From Alphaproteobacteria bacterium (lineage in GTDB: Bacteria; Pseudomonadota; Alphaproteobacteria; UBA828): DNA of 64,000 nt. Shown here piece by piece: positions 30,697 to 41,090 of the stretch. Position 1 is the first letter of the stretch; each line of letters begins with the position of its first letter. The DNA lies in contig CBDCQT010000003.1 of the NCBI GenBank assembly GCA_965220745.1, forward strand, positions 128,001 to 192,000. Direction: 5' to 3'. Under the pieces are notes generated by a model. The model worked only from the letters and a program-made list of their open reading frames with translations. It had not been told where the DNA came from and did not search any database. The translations under genes were made by a program, and so were the position numbers.

Positions 30697-31899
30697 ATGA
30701 CACAAGAGCCAAACGCTGAGACACTAGAAATGCGTTCGACTCCCTACAAGATTCTCGTCGTAGACGACGAACCTGACTTGGAACGTCTCGTTCTGCAGCA
30801 GATGCGCCGGGAGATTCGCCGCCAGCAGTATGAGTTCGTCTTCGCTCACAATGGTATCGAAGCTCTTGAACGGCTCAGCCAGGATCAGAACATCGATTTG
30901 GTGGTCTCAGACATCAATATGCCCAAGATGGACGGTCTTGCGCTCCTTGAAAATATTGCTGAAGTCAATGCGGACGTGCGTTCCGTGATCGTGTCAGCTT
31001 ACGGCGATATGAAGAATATTCGCACTGCGATGAACCGGGGCGCTTTCGATTTCGTGACCAAGCCCATCGACTTTGCAGACTTGAAGGTCACGATCGAACG
31101 AACACTGCGCAACCTGATTTCGTGGAGAGAGGCAACAGAATCACGCGAAAAGCTTCTGGCAATACAAAGCGAACTCGATGTAGCTAGTAAAATGCAACAG
31201 TCGATCCTTCCGACCGTTTTTCCCGCAGATTCTCGGTATCAGGTGTTCGGTAGTATGTCACCTGCTCGGGAAGTAGGCGGGGATTTTTTTGACATTATGA
31301 AATTGGAAGAGGGACGTATCGGTATTGCGGTCGCGGATGTGTCCGGCAAGGGCGTTCCCGCCGCCCTTTTCATGATGTCTTGCCGTACTCTTCTCAAAGG
31401 CGCGGCCATCGGCACCGCTCGCCCTGGCGCGGTGCTGAAGGAGGTCAACCAAGTTCTTCAGGAAGACAACGAAGCGATGATGTTCGTCACGCTCTTCTAC
31501 GCAATTTTCGATCCAGAAAGCGGGGAAATGGTGTATGCAAACGGGGGCCACAATCCGCCAATCATTGTTCAAGCCGATGGAAGCTCCAGCGAGATTCCCG
31601 TAACGAGTGGGATCGCGCTCGGGGTGATGGCCGACGTCGACTTTGCGGAAGACACGCTACAGGTCGCGCCAGGCGAAGCAGTCGTTTTCTATACCGATGG
31701 CGTCACGGAAGCCGAGAATGCCAAGGCAGAGTTGTTCGATATGGAGCGGCTGCAGCTGGTCTTTAACGGAGTGCCCCCGAAAGACGCGAAAGAAGCCAAC
31801 AAGGCGGTTTTCGAGGCCGTGAGCGCATTTGCAGGCGACACGCCGCAATCCGACGACATCACTTGCATAACGCTCTATCGCGACGAGCCATGCGGATAA
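30697..31899 (+). CDS. Response regulator with PP2C/SpoIIE phosphatase output (RsbU/RsbP-like)
   Basis: REC ILVVDDEPD...DINMPKMDG; PP2C VGGDFFD, ADVSGKGVPAA, FYTDG, SDDIT. Confidence 0.93.
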   Translation: MTQEPNAETLEMRSTPYKILVVDDEPDLERLVLQQMRREIRRQQYEFVFAHNGIEALERLSQDQNIDLVVSDINMPKMDGLALLENIAEVNADVRSVIVSAYGDMKNIRTAMNRGAFDFVTKPIDFADLKVTIERTLRNLISWREATESREKLLAIQSELDVASKMQQSILPTVFPADSRYQVFGSMSPAREVGGDFFDIMKLEEGRIGIAVADVSGKGVPAALFMMSCRTLLKGAAIGTARPGAVLKEVNQVLQEDNEAMMFVTLFYAIFDPESGEMVYANGGHNPPIIVQADGSSSEIPVTSGIALGVMADVDFAEDTLQVAPGEAVVFYTDGVTEAENAKAELFDMERLQLVFNGVPPKDAKEANKAVFEAVSAFAGDTPQSDDITCITLYRDEPCG

Positions 31900-32036
31900 G
31901 TGTTAGGCTCTTTTCCCGCTTCGACGCGGGTGAGCGACAAGCGGCGGAGCTTCGACGCATTCCCGTCTCGTACATGCGAGATGGCCCCGTCGCGCCCGCA
32001 GAGCGTCCAACCTGCAACGATACAACAGGGAAGCGG

Positions 32037-33224
32037 ATGAGGTGGGCAAGTGGTTTGCCCTCGGCCCTCCTCATGGCCGTCTGGTTCACACTTCCGGGTG
32101 CCGCGGCGGTGCAGGCAGAAGAGCCTGGGGTGACCGACCAGCAGATCCTCTTCGGACAATCGGCGGCTTTCAGCGGTCCCGCGCAGGACCTGGGTAAGAA
32201 CCTGCGGCTCGGTATCCAGGCGGCGTTCGAGGAAGCGAACCGGCGCGGCGGCGTGCACGGGCGCAGGCTGGCGCTTCGGTCTCTCGACGACGCGTACGAG
32301 CCGGAAGCCGCGATCGTCAATACGCGCCGGTTGGTCGTGGAGGATGGTGTCTTCGCCCTGATCGGCGCGGTCGGTACACCGACCTCTCGCTCCGCCGCCC
32401 CTATCGCTGCCGATATGGGCGTTCCCTATCTCGCGCCATTCACCGGTGCCGAGTTTCTGCGCGATGCCAAGTGGCGGAACGTGATCAATCTGCGTGCGTC
32501 CTACTACCAGGAGACCGAGGCAATGGTCTCCCGCCTGATCGGAGACTTGGGAATCGACGGGGTCGGGGTGATCTATCAGGACGATTCCTTCGGGCAGGCC
32601 GGCTATCGCGGGGTGCGCCGGGCGCTCGAGCGGCGCGAGCTGGAGCCGGTGGTGATCGGGGTCTATCCGCGCAACACGACCGCGGTGAAAACGGCACTGC
32701 TCGACGTGCAGCGTTTGGATCCCGAAGCCGTCATCCTGATCGGGGCCTATGAGCCGGTCGCCGCGCTGATCGCCTGGGCGCGGCACATCGGCTTCGATCC
32801 GGTCTTTCTGACCATTTCTTTCGTGGGCAGCAACGCTCTGGCAAGAGAGCTTGGCACCGCAGGGACTGGCGTCTTCGTGACCCAGGTGGTGCCCTTTCCT
32901 GACAGCGACGAGCCCGCGGTCACTGTTGCGTATCGCCGGGCGCTGGCGGCCAATTCACCAGAAGCCTCACCGGGTTTCGTCTCCTTCGAGGGCTACCTGG
33001 CGGGCCGCCTCGCGATCGAGGGTCTCGAGCGCTGTGGACGTGAGATCGACCGGTCCTGCCTATTGGACAGTTTACGCCGCGCTGAAGTTATCGATCTCGA
33101 TGGCTTCGGGCTTCGCTATGGCGAGGGTGACAATCAGGGGTCGGACGCCGTCTTCGTTACCGTGATCGGTGGGGACGGCCGCTACCATCCCATCGACACA
33201 CTTCGGCTCGCCGTGCAGCCATGA
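32037..33224 (+). CDS. Periplasmic ligand-binding protein (type 1, Leu/Ile/Val-like), orphan
   Basis: FGQSAAFSGP, DDAYEP, GAVGTPT, NLRASY; stop overlaps the kinase start. Confidence 0.85.
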   Translation: MRWASGLPSALLMAVWFTLPGAAAVQAEEPGVTDQQILFGQSAAFSGPAQDLGKNLRLGIQAAFEEANRRGGVHGRRLALRSLDDAYEPEAAIVNTRRLVVEDGVFALIGAVGTPTSRSAAPIAADMGVPYLAPFTGAEFLRDAKWRNVINLRASYYQETEAMVSRLIGDLGIDGVGVIYQDDSFGQAGYRGVRRALERRELEPVVIGVYPRNTTAVKTALLDVQRLDPEAVILIGAYEPVAALIAWARHIGFDPVFLTISFVGSNALARELGTAGTGVFVTQVVPFPDSDEPAVTVAYRRALAANSPEASPGFVSFEGYLAGRLAIEGLERCGREIDRSCLLDSLRRAEVIDLDGFGLRYGEGDNQGSDAVFVTVIGGDGRYHPIDTLRLAVQP

Positions 33225-35476
33225 CCACGTTGGCAAGACGGCTGCTTGACAGTCGCTTTCGACTCTCGACCCAGCTCTATCTGGGTATCGGGGGCGCCGT
33301 CGCGCTCACCGTCGTCGCCAGTCTGGTCGGCCTGGTTTCCTTCGATCATGTGGGCGACGTCCAGCGCCGCGTCAACGAGGGCAGCGTGCCAGAGATGGTG
33401 ACGGCCTTCGGCGTGGCGCAGCAAAGCGGTGCTCTCGTCGCCGCCGGGCCGAGGCTGACCGCCGCAGCGACGCCAGAAGAACTCGCCCACACCGTCGCGG
33501 ATATCTCACATGACCGGCAAGCCTTCGAAGCCCAGGTGGCTGCGCTGCCGGATCAAGGAGCGGAGGAGCCGCGCTTCGAGCGCATTCGCGCCCAAGGCAA
33601 TGCCGTGCTCGCGAATGTCGGCGCCATCGAGGAGTCGGTGGCTGAAGGCTTTCTGCTCGCCGAGCGCAGCGAGGCGTTGCGCGCCGAAATCGCAGCCCTG
33701 CAAAGGGAGCTTGCCGCCGCATTAATTCCGGCCATCGACGACCAGCTCTTCTACACGATGACGGGCTATCGGGCACTCGGCGAGGCGCCGGCGCCCCGCG
33801 CGGTGCACATGTCGGAGGAGGAGTTCAACCGCTACCGCCACATGGCGGGATTGCAGGCAAATGCCACGATTGCGATCCAGCTTCTGGCGAGCGCGTTCGA
33901 CGTCTCAGACATCGCCCTGCTCGAACCGCTCCGGGAGCGCTTCGAGGCCTCCGCCGGCAAGATCGAGCGCGGCTTGTCGGCCCTGGGCGCCACGCCCCTC
34001 CATGCCAGGATTGCACCCGCCTTGTCCCGTCTCGTCGATCTGGGTCTGGACCAGGATCAAGGCTTCGATTTGCGGGCTCACGAACTTTCTCTCGATGAGC
34101 GTCAGACGGCGTTGCTCGCATCCAACAACAATCTTGCTGTCGAACTCGCCGCCGAGGCAGAGGGGCTGGTCAGCGCGGCGCGTGAGAGCGTCCAAGACGC
34201 GGCTCAGGCGTCCTCGACGGCGATCAGTACCGGCGGCAATCTCCTGCTTGCGATCAGCGTGACCAGTATCGTCGGGGCGGTGCTGATCTCATGGCTGTTT
34301 GTCGGCCGCGTGCTGATGCGGCGTCTCGGGCGGCTCTCGGATCGGATGCGCCGGATGGCCGAGGGCGATATCGAAGCGGAAGTGGTGGTCGACGGACGAG
34401 GCGAGGTCGCGGACATGGCCGCGGCGTTGGAGGTCTTTCGCCGTCACGCGCTCGAAGTCCAACGGCTTAACTTGGTCGAGAAGCTGGCAGAGGAACTCAA
34501 GGGCAAGAACGAGCAGCTCGAGGACGCGCTCGCGAACCTTCAGCGAGCACAAGACCAGATCGTCATGCAGGAGAAGCTTGCGGCGCTTGGTGAGCTCACT
34601 GCCGGCGTGGCGCACGAAATCCGGAACCCGCTGAACTTCGTCAAGAACTTTTCAGACGTAACGGAGCAGCTGCTGGAAGAACTCCTGGAAGAGCTGCAAA
34701 CGGTTCTCCCTGAGCCGGTCGACGGAAAGGAGGACGAGAGCAGTGCGCTGATCCGAGAGATCAGCGCCGACATCACGGAAAACCTCAGATTAATTCGGGA
34801 GCACGGCGAGCGCGCAAATCAGATCGTACAGCACATGCTCAGCATGGGGCGCGATTCGGGCGGCCGGCAACCGACGGACATCAATGCCTTGCTCGACGAG
34901 CATGTGCGGCTTGCCTACCACAGCGCCCGGGCAAGCGATGACAGCTTTCAACTCGACATCGTCCAGGACTTCGATCCGGCAGTAGGGTCGCTCGACGTCG
35001 TCACTCAGGACGTGGGCCGCGTCTTCCTCAATCTGGTCGGCAATGCCTGCCAGGCGACGGCCGAGAGGCGGCGCGCCGAGGAAGCCGCGGACGCAGCGGA
35101 TCCCGGTCCCGATGGTTCAGGGGGGGTCGCTTACGAGCCGACGCTCACCCTGGTCACCCGGCGATCCGAAGAAGGGGTCGAAATCCGGATCAGAGACAAC
35201 GGGAGCGGGATCCCACCCGAAATCATCGACGACATCTTCAACCCCTTCTTCACGACCAAGCCGCCGGACCAGGGCACCGGCCTGGGCCTCGCGCTCTCAA
35301 GCGATATCGTCCGCCAGCACGGCGGCGAAATCAGGGTGGAGTCCGAAGTCGGCGTGTTCACCGAAATGATCGTCACGCTGGCCGCGCAACCGCCTCAGCA
35401 GACCGAGGACGACGCGACCGAGGACGAGGCGGAGTTAGAGGACGAGCACCCCAAGGAGTCGCCCTTGCCATCGTGA
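33221..35476 (+). CDS. Sensor histidine kinase with TorS-like periplasmic domain and HAMP
   Basis: Two TM segments, helical periplasmic domain (DDQLFY), H-box AHEIRNPL, NLVGNA, DNGSGI, GTGLGL. Confidence 0.92.
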   Translation: MTTLARRLLDSRFRLSTQLYLGIGGAVALTVVASLVGLVSFDHVGDVQRRVNEGSVPEMVTAFGVAQQSGALVAAGPRLTAAATPEELAHTVADISHDRQAFEAQVAALPDQGAEEPRFERIRAQGNAVLANVGAIEESVAEGFLLAERSEALRAEIAALQRELAAALIPAIDDQLFYTMTGYRALGEAPAPRAVHMSEEEFNRYRHMAGLQANATIAIQLLASAFDVSDIALLEPLRERFEASAGKIERGLSALGATPLHARIAPALSRLVDLGLDQDQGFDLRAHELSLDERQTALLASNNNLAVELAAEAEGLVSAARESVQDAAQASSTAISTGGNLLLAISVTSIVGAVLISWLFVGRVLMRRLGRLSDRMRRMAEGDIEAEVVVDGRGEVADMAAALEVFRRHALEVQRLNLVEKLAEELKGKNEQLEDALANLQRAQDQIVMQEKLAALGELTAGVAHEIRNPLNFVKNFSDVTEQLLEELLEELQTVLPEPVDGKEDESSALIREISADITENLRLIREHGERANQIVQHMLSMGRDSGGRQPTDINALLDEHVRLAYHSARASDDSFQLDIVQDFDPAVGSLDVVTQDVGRVFLNLVGNACQATAERRRAEEAADAADPGPDGSGGVAYEPTLTLVTRRSEEGVEIRIRDNGSGIPPEIIDDIFNPFFTTKPPDQGTGLGLALSSDIVRQHGGEIRVESEVGVFTEMIVTLAAQPPQQTEDDATEDEAELEDEHPKESPLPS

Positions 35477-35503
35477 AGCGAGGCGGGAAGCCACTCTTCG
35501 GGC

Positions 35504-36805
35504 ATGCCGCATAGGCGAGGAGGGATGGACATACCTCGAATGAGGTCGCCGACGAGGAGAAGCGTCCTTCGGTACGGCCTTGCCGGTTGCCTGTTGGGTC
35601 TTGGTTGGCGTCCATCCGGCGCGGCGGCATCATCGGGTGTAACCGACAGCGAGATCGTGCTGGGCACGTCCGCCGCGTTCTCCGGTCCTTCCCGCGGTCT
35701 CGGCATAGAGCTCTTCCGCGGGGCCAGTGCCTATTTCGAGCACGTCAACCGCGACGGTGGCGTCAGGGGTCGAAGAATCGTTCTCAGGACCTATGACGAC
35801 GGCTATCAGCCCGACCCGTCGGTTCAGAACACGATGACCCTGATGCTGGAAGACGAGGTCTTCGCGCTCTTCGGTTATGTGGGTACGCCGACGGTCACGC
35901 GCATCCTTCCCATGCTCAAGAAGTTTCAGGAGAGACAGGTCTATCTCTTCTTCCCGTTCACCGGTGCGCAGCCGCAGCGGGAGCCGCCATACGGCCCCTT
36001 CGCCTTCAATTTGCGCGCCTCCTACCGGCAAGAGACGGCCGGCCTGGTTCAGAACTTCGTCGGGATCGGCCGCAAGCGCATCGCGGTCTTCTATCAGGCT
36101 GACGCTTACGGCCGCAGTGGTTGGGCGGGCGTGCGCCGTGCCTTGAGACCGTTCGGCGAGCGGATCGTCGGCGAGGCGACCTACAGGCGGGGCTCCAAAT
36201 TCACGGGCATCATGCGCGATCAGGTGGAGATCCTGAAGGCATCGCGCCCGGATGCGGTCATTTGCATCGGGGCCTACGCCGCCTGCGCCGCGTTTCTCCG
36301 CGACGCGGTGGACCTTGGGTTGCGCGTGCCGATCGCCAACGTGTCCTTCGTCGGCAGCGAGAACCTTCTCAATCTCATCACGCAAGGGCGTGACGATGGC
36401 GAGCGCTATACCGAATTGCTGGTCAACTCGCAGGTTGTTCCCAGCTATCACGACGTGGGGATTCCTGCTGTCCAGCAGTACCAGGAATTGATGGCGCGAT
36501 ACGATCCTCAGCCGCCGCAGGAATTGCTGAGAGAGGATTACACGCCCTTCTCGCACAGCTTCGTCAGTCTGGAGGGCTTCCTCAACGCCAAGTTGATGGT
36601 CGAGATCCTGGATCGCCTTGGCGACAAGCCGGATAGAAGTGCGCTGGAGGGGGCCGTCTTCAGCATAAGGGATTTCGATTTGGGAATCGGCGAGCTGGTC
36701 TCGTTCGGGCCGGAGCGCCGCCAGGGTTTGCAGAAGGTCTACTACACCGTTGTGGACGAGGGCCGCTTCGTTCCCCTGGACAGTTGGGAAAACAGGTTCG
36801 GCTGA
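35504..36805 (+). CDS. Tat-exported periplasmic ligand-binding protein (type 1), start approximate
   Basis: TRRSVL twin-arginine motif, GTSAAFSGP, DDGYQP, GYVGTPT, NLRASY. Confidence 0.85.
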   Translation: MPHRRGGMDIPRMRSPTRRSVLRYGLAGCLLGLGWRPSGAAASSGVTDSEIVLGTSAAFSGPSRGLGIELFRGASAYFEHVNRDGGVRGRRIVLRTYDDGYQPDPSVQNTMTLMLEDEVFALFGYVGTPTVTRILPMLKKFQERQVYLFFPFTGAQPQREPPYGPFAFNLRASYRQETAGLVQNFVGIGRKRIAVFYQADAYGRSGWAGVRRALRPFGERIVGEATYRRGSKFTGIMRDQVEILKASRPDAVICIGAYAACAAFLRDAVDLGLRVPIANVSFVGSENLLNLITQGRDDGERYTELLVNSQVVPSYHDVGIPAVQQYQELMARYDPQPPQELLREDYTPFSHSFVSLEGFLNAKLMVEILDRLGDKPDRSALEGAVFSIRDFDLGIGELVSFGPERRQGLQKVYYTVVDEGRFVPLDSWENRFG

Positions 36806-36806
36806 C

Positions 36807-37553
36807 ATGAAAATCCAGAAACTCTTCCGAAAGACTCTGTTCGGCGTATTTTTCCTGTTCGGCGTAATCGGCGTATCGACATCGGTTCTCTGCATTTACA
36901 CGGTCGATACGCACCTGTCCGAAGAATATGAATCGAACAGCAAGGATATCGCCAAGACAATCGCCGATGCCAGTGTCGACATCCTGTTGAACAGGAATCT
37001 GACGGCTCTGCAGTCCCTGATCGACCAGTTCGTCGAGATTCAGGGAATCAGCTACATCTACATCACGAGCGAGACAGGGGAGTTTCTGGCGCACACCTTC
37101 GTTCCGGGCATTCCGGAGGAGATCAGGACCGGTGACACGACCAGCATGGTGACGGTGGAACGAAGCCTGCCGGGCATGGGCGATTTCGTCGAAGTCGCGA
37201 GTCCGATCCTGGCGGGCGTTGCCGGCGCGGTCCACATCGGCAGCGACACCGGGCTGATCGCGTTGAAGGTGCAAAGAGCGATCGGCCAGCAGATCTATCT
37301 CATCTCCATCATCTTCGTAGTCGGCATTCTCGCCGCGATCTGGCTCGTCGGCCAAGCAGCCAGACCGGTCGACGGCGTTCTCGCCTTTGCGGTGAAGCTC
37401 GCACAGGAGCGGGAGGCCGACGGCAGAGGAAACGAGAAGCTGCTCGCGCGCAATGACGAGGCAGGAGAGCTTGCGCGCCTCTTCCTCTACTTCTCGCAGG
37501 TGATGGATAGAGACAAGGCGGACGGGCTCTCGCAGCCGGGCGGGAAGGAATAG
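36807..37553 (+). CDS. Membrane sensor-domain protein with terminal HAMP-like segment, no output domain
   Basis: Two TM segments around a periplasmic domain; RNDEAGELAR then stop. Confidence 0.7.
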   Translation: MKIQKLFRKTLFGVFFLFGVIGVSTSVLCIYTVDTHLSEEYESNSKDIAKTIADASVDILLNRNLTALQSLIDQFVEIQGISYIYITSETGEFLAHTFVPGIPEEIRTGDTTSMVTVERSLPGMGDFVEVASPILAGVAGAVHIGSDTGLIALKVQRAIGQQIYLISIIFVVGILAAIWLVGQAARPVDGVLAFAVKLAQEREADGRGNEKLLARNDEAGELARLFLYFSQVMDRDKADGLSQPGGKE

Positions 37554-37560
37554 CCTTCCG

Positions 37561-38880
37561 GTGGCTCATTCTCGTACAGCGGCAATTCTCTATTGCACCG
37601 TCCTGCAGGTTTGCTTCGGGACCGTCTATGCGTGGAGTTTCTTTCAAACGCTTCTCGTGAGGCAGCTCGGCTGGTCGTTCACCGACACGGCGCTCGCCTT
37701 CAGTATCACGATCTTCTCTCTCGGCATGTCTGCTGCGGGCGCGGGCATGATTCTGCCCAAGGTGGGGCCGCGGCGATTGGCGCTTGCCGGCAGTGTGATG
37801 TTCTCGGGCGGGTACATGATTGCCGGCCTCGCCCTGCAGCTCGACAGTCTCGCGCTCTTCTATCTCGGTTACGGCGTGATCGGCGGCGCCGGGATCGGGC
37901 TCGGCTACGTCACGCCCGTCGCCACGGTGGCGAAGTGGTTCCCGGACAAGAAGGGACTGGCGACGGGCATCGTCGTCATGGGCTTTGGGATCGGCGCGGT
38001 GGTTCTCAGTAAGGGACTGGCACCCTTGCTGGTGGTTGAGACGGAAGGCGATCTTCCGCTTCTGTTCATCTGGCTCGGCGTGGTGTTCGCCGCCGTCTTG
38101 ATCCCGTGCAGTCTGGCGCTGCGGGATCCGCCCGCGGAGCTCGCGAGTCGTCTAGATAATGCCACCGCTTCCAGCAGCGTACAGGACGAGCCGGACTCGA
38201 CCGCGCGCTGCCTGTATTCGGGCGAATTCGCCGTCATGTGGCTCGTGTTCTTCTTCAACATCGCCGCCGGCATCGCCGTCATCAGCTTTCAGTCACCGTT
38301 ACTTCAGGACGTGTGGGGACTCGCCGATCCGTCCGTGGAGCCGGAAACCCTCGCGGAATATGGCGCGACGCTGATTGCCGCCAGTTCGCTTTGCAACGGA
38401 TTTGGCCGGCTCTTCTGGGGATTGCTGTCCGATCGAATTGGCCGCATCCGCGTGTTCAGAATCCTGCTGGCCAGCCAGATGATCGTCTTCGGCATCCTGA
38501 TGACCGAGCGCGATCCGTGGATATTCTCGGCTCTCGTCTGCTACATCATGCTCTGTTTCGGCGGCGGCTTCGCAACGATGCCCTCTTTCGTGCTCGACGT
38601 CTTCGGCGCGAAAAAGATGTCTGCGGTCTATGGCGTCATGTTGACGGCTTGGGCGGCGGCCGGCGTCTGCGGCCCCCTCTATATCGGCTATCTCAAGGAC
38701 CAGTATCCCGACCGCGCCATCATCTACTGCTTCCTGATCGGTGTTCTGATCCTGGGTCTCGGGTACGTGTTCTCCTACCTGCTGAGCGACAAACGCATCC
38801 GACTTCAACGTCCGAGCGTGGAAAGCACGCTGCGCGAGCACGGAATTGCGATACCGCGTCGCAGACTGCGACCGTGGTGA
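37561..38880 (+). CDS. OFA (oxalate:formate antiporter)-family MFS transporter
   Basis: GTVYAWS, GIGLGYVTP, KWFPDKKGLATG, NGFGRLFWG. Confidence 0.88.
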   Translation: MAHSRTAAILYCTVLQVCFGTVYAWSFFQTLLVRQLGWSFTDTALAFSITIFSLGMSAAGAGMILPKVGPRRLALAGSVMFSGGYMIAGLALQLDSLALFYLGYGVIGGAGIGLGYVTPVATVAKWFPDKKGLATGIVVMGFGIGAVVLSKGLAPLLVVETEGDLPLLFIWLGVVFAAVLIPCSLALRDPPAELASRLDNATASSSVQDEPDSTARCLYSGEFAVMWLVFFFNIAAGIAVISFQSPLLQDVWGLADPSVEPETLAEYGATLIAASSLCNGFGRLFWGLLSDRIGRIRVFRILLASQMIVFGILMTERDPWIFSALVCYIMLCFGGGFATMPSFVLDVFGAKKMSAVYGVMLTAWAAAGVCGPLYIGYLKDQYPDRAIIYCFLIGVLILGLGYVFSYLLSDKRIRLQRPSVESTLREHGIAIPRRRLRPW

Positions 38881-39035
38881 GAAATGCGGGTTAAGGCGCG
38901 AGGAATGGCGCACAAATGGGGGAACGGCGACACCGGCAGGGCTGACGCGGATCTTGAGTCATGGCGCCGCTCGACGATCACAGATAGGGCGCCGCCACCT
39001 GGATCATCGCAAGGGTGCGGGCGGTGGAGGCAGGC

Positions 39036-41066
39036 TTAGGCGGCGGTTATGGCTGCCGTTGCGGCGTGGAGCCAGTCGAGAGCAGCCGCGTCGTCCGCCA
39101 GTAGTGGTGCGAGGGTCTCGGCCACGCGCGCGTGATAGGTGTCGAGCCAGGCGCGCTCATCCGCCGTCAGCATGGCAGGGTCGATGAGGGCGCGGTCGAT
39201 GGGTGCGAGCGTCAGCGTCTCGAAGCCGAGGAAACTCCCGTTGGGGTCGTCGGCCTCCGTCACCGCCACAAGGTTCTCGATGCGGATGCCATAGGCGCCG
39301 GTCTTGTAGTAGCCGGGCTCGTTGGAGACCACCATGCCGGGTGCGAGCGCCGCGCCCGAGCCCATGCGGGAGATGCGCTGCGGGCCCTCGTGCACGTTGA
39401 GGTAGTGGCCCACGCCGTGCCCGGTGCCGTGGTCGTAGTCGAGGCCCGCCTGCCACAGGAACTGGCGGGCGAGCGTGTCGAGCTGGGCGCCAGTGGTGCC
39501 GCGCGGGAAGCGCGCCGTCGCCAGCGCAATATGGCCGCGCAGCACGCGGGTGAAGCGGTCCCGGTGCTCGGGCTCCGGCCGGCCGATCGCGACCGTGCGG
39601 GTCACGTCCGTGGTGCCGTCCAGGTACTGCCCGCCCGAATCGACGAGATAGAGCGAGCCCGCCTCCAGCGTGCGGTTGCTCTCTGCCGTCACCCGGTAGT
39701 GGACGATGGCGCCGTTGGGGCCCGCGCCCGAGATCGTGTCGAAGCTCGGCCCCCGGTAGTGCTGGCCGCAGGCGCGCATCGCCGCCAGGCGCGCGACCGC
39801 GTCGAGTTCGGTGATCGAGCCAGGTGGCGCGGCCGCGAGCCAGGCCAGGAAGCGGGTCAAGGCCGCGCCATCTCGGCGATGGGCCGCACGGATGCCGTCG
39901 AGCTCCACGGCGTTCTTGCAGGCCTTGGGCAGCGCGCAGGGATCGGCGCCGCGAATCACCTCGGCACCGCCCTCCGTCAGCCGATCGACCATCCAGACCG
40001 GCGTCGCCGCCTCGTCGACCAGCACCGACTTGCCGGCGCTGGCAAGCGCGTCGAACACGTTCGCCATGGTCTCCGGCGCCTGCACGTGCACGGCATTGCC
40101 GAGATGTGCCGGAGCCTCGGGGAGGAGCTTGCGGCTGTCCACGAACCAGTCCACTTCGGCGTCCCGGTGAACGACCGCGAAGGAGTGGGGGAGGGGGCTG
40201 TTGGCGACGTCGGCGCCGCGCACGTTGAGCAGCCAGGCGATGGAATCGGGTGCGCTCAGCACCGCGGCGGCCGCGCCCTTCTCCGCAAGCCGGGCAGCAA
40301 CGATCTCCCGCTTCTCGCCCGCCTCGGCGCCCGCGAAGCGCGCCGGATGGGGGGCGATGGGGCCGAGCGGGGCCGGCGGCTGGTCCGCCCACAGCGCGTC
40401 GATGGGATTGTCCTCGCACGGGACCAGGCGGGCACCGACAGCGCGGCAGGGCGCAGCGAGCCGATCTCTTTGGCTCGCGCCGTGAAGCCGGGGGTCATAG
40501 CCGAGCGCGGCGCCTCCCGCGAGATGCTCCCTGAGCCACGCGCCGGGCGGTTCGTCAGTGATATGACGGTGCTCGTAGAGGCTGCCGTCCACCTGCGCCG
40601 CCGCCTGCAGGGTGTAGCGGCCGTCGACGAAGAGCGCGGCCCGCTCGGCCAGCACGATCGCCAGGCCGGCAGAGCCCGTGAAGCCGGTGAGCCATGCCAG
40701 CCGCTGCGAGCGGCGCGCCACGTACTCGCCCTGGTGCTCGTCGCTGAGTGGCACCACGAAGCCATCGAGGCCGTGCTTGGCAAGCTCGGCCCTGAGCGCC
40801 GTAAGCCGGGACTCCTGCTGCGGGGTGTCGATCCCGTCCGGCGTTTCGGCATAGGTCTGTCGCAGAGCCTCGAGGCGCTCGGCTCCGACGGTCCCGGCGT
40901 CGGCCTCCGGGTGGATCAGGCGAAGCCAGTCCCGGTCCTGCACCGCCGCCGCGGCGACTCCTCGCACCAGCGCTTCGACCTCATGGATTGGCGTGTCGAT
41001 ACCGGCCTCGGCGAGCGCCTGCGCCAGTGCGCTTCGCCGGTCGGTTGTCGCGTTGTCCTCTGGCAT
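39036..41066 (-). CDS. pepP: Xaa-Pro aminopeptidase
   Basis: DSGGQYLDGTTDVTRT, HGTGHGVG, VHEGP, SNEPGYY, GIRIEN. Confidence 0.92.
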   Translation of the reverse strand: MPEDNATTDRRSALAQALAEAGIDTPIHEVEALVRGVAAAAVQDRDWLRLIHPEADAGTVGAERLEALRQTYAETPDGIDTPQQESRLTALRAELAKHGLDGFVVPLSDEHQGEYVARRSQRLAWLTGFTGSAGLAIVLAERAALFVDGRYTLQAAAQVDGSLYEHRHITDEPPGAWLREHLAGGAALGYDPRLHGASQRDRLAAPCRAVGARLVPCEDNPIDALWADQPPAPLGPIAPHPARFAGAEAGEKREIVAARLAEKGAAAAVLSAPDSIAWLLNVRGADVANSPLPHSFAVVHRDAEVDWFVDSRKLLPEAPAHLGNAVHVQAPETMANVFDALASAGKSVLVDEAATPVWMVDRLTEGGAEVIRGADPCALPKACKNAVELDGIRAAHRRDGAALTRFLAWLAAAPPGSITELDAVARLAAMRACGQHYRGPSFDTISGAGPNGAIVHYRVTAESNRTLEAGSLYLVDSGGQYLDGTTDVTRTVAIGRPEPEHRDRFTRVLRGHIALATARFPRGTTGAQLDTLARQFLWQAGLDYDHGTGHGVGHYLNVHEGPQRISRMGSGAALAPGMVVSNEPGYYKTGAYGIRIENLVAVTEADDPNGSFLGFETLTLAPIDRALIDPAMLTADERAWLDTYHARVAETLAPLLADDAAALDWLHAATAAITAA

Positions 41067-41090
41067 GGGGCGTTTCTGCCAGCGCGCCGC

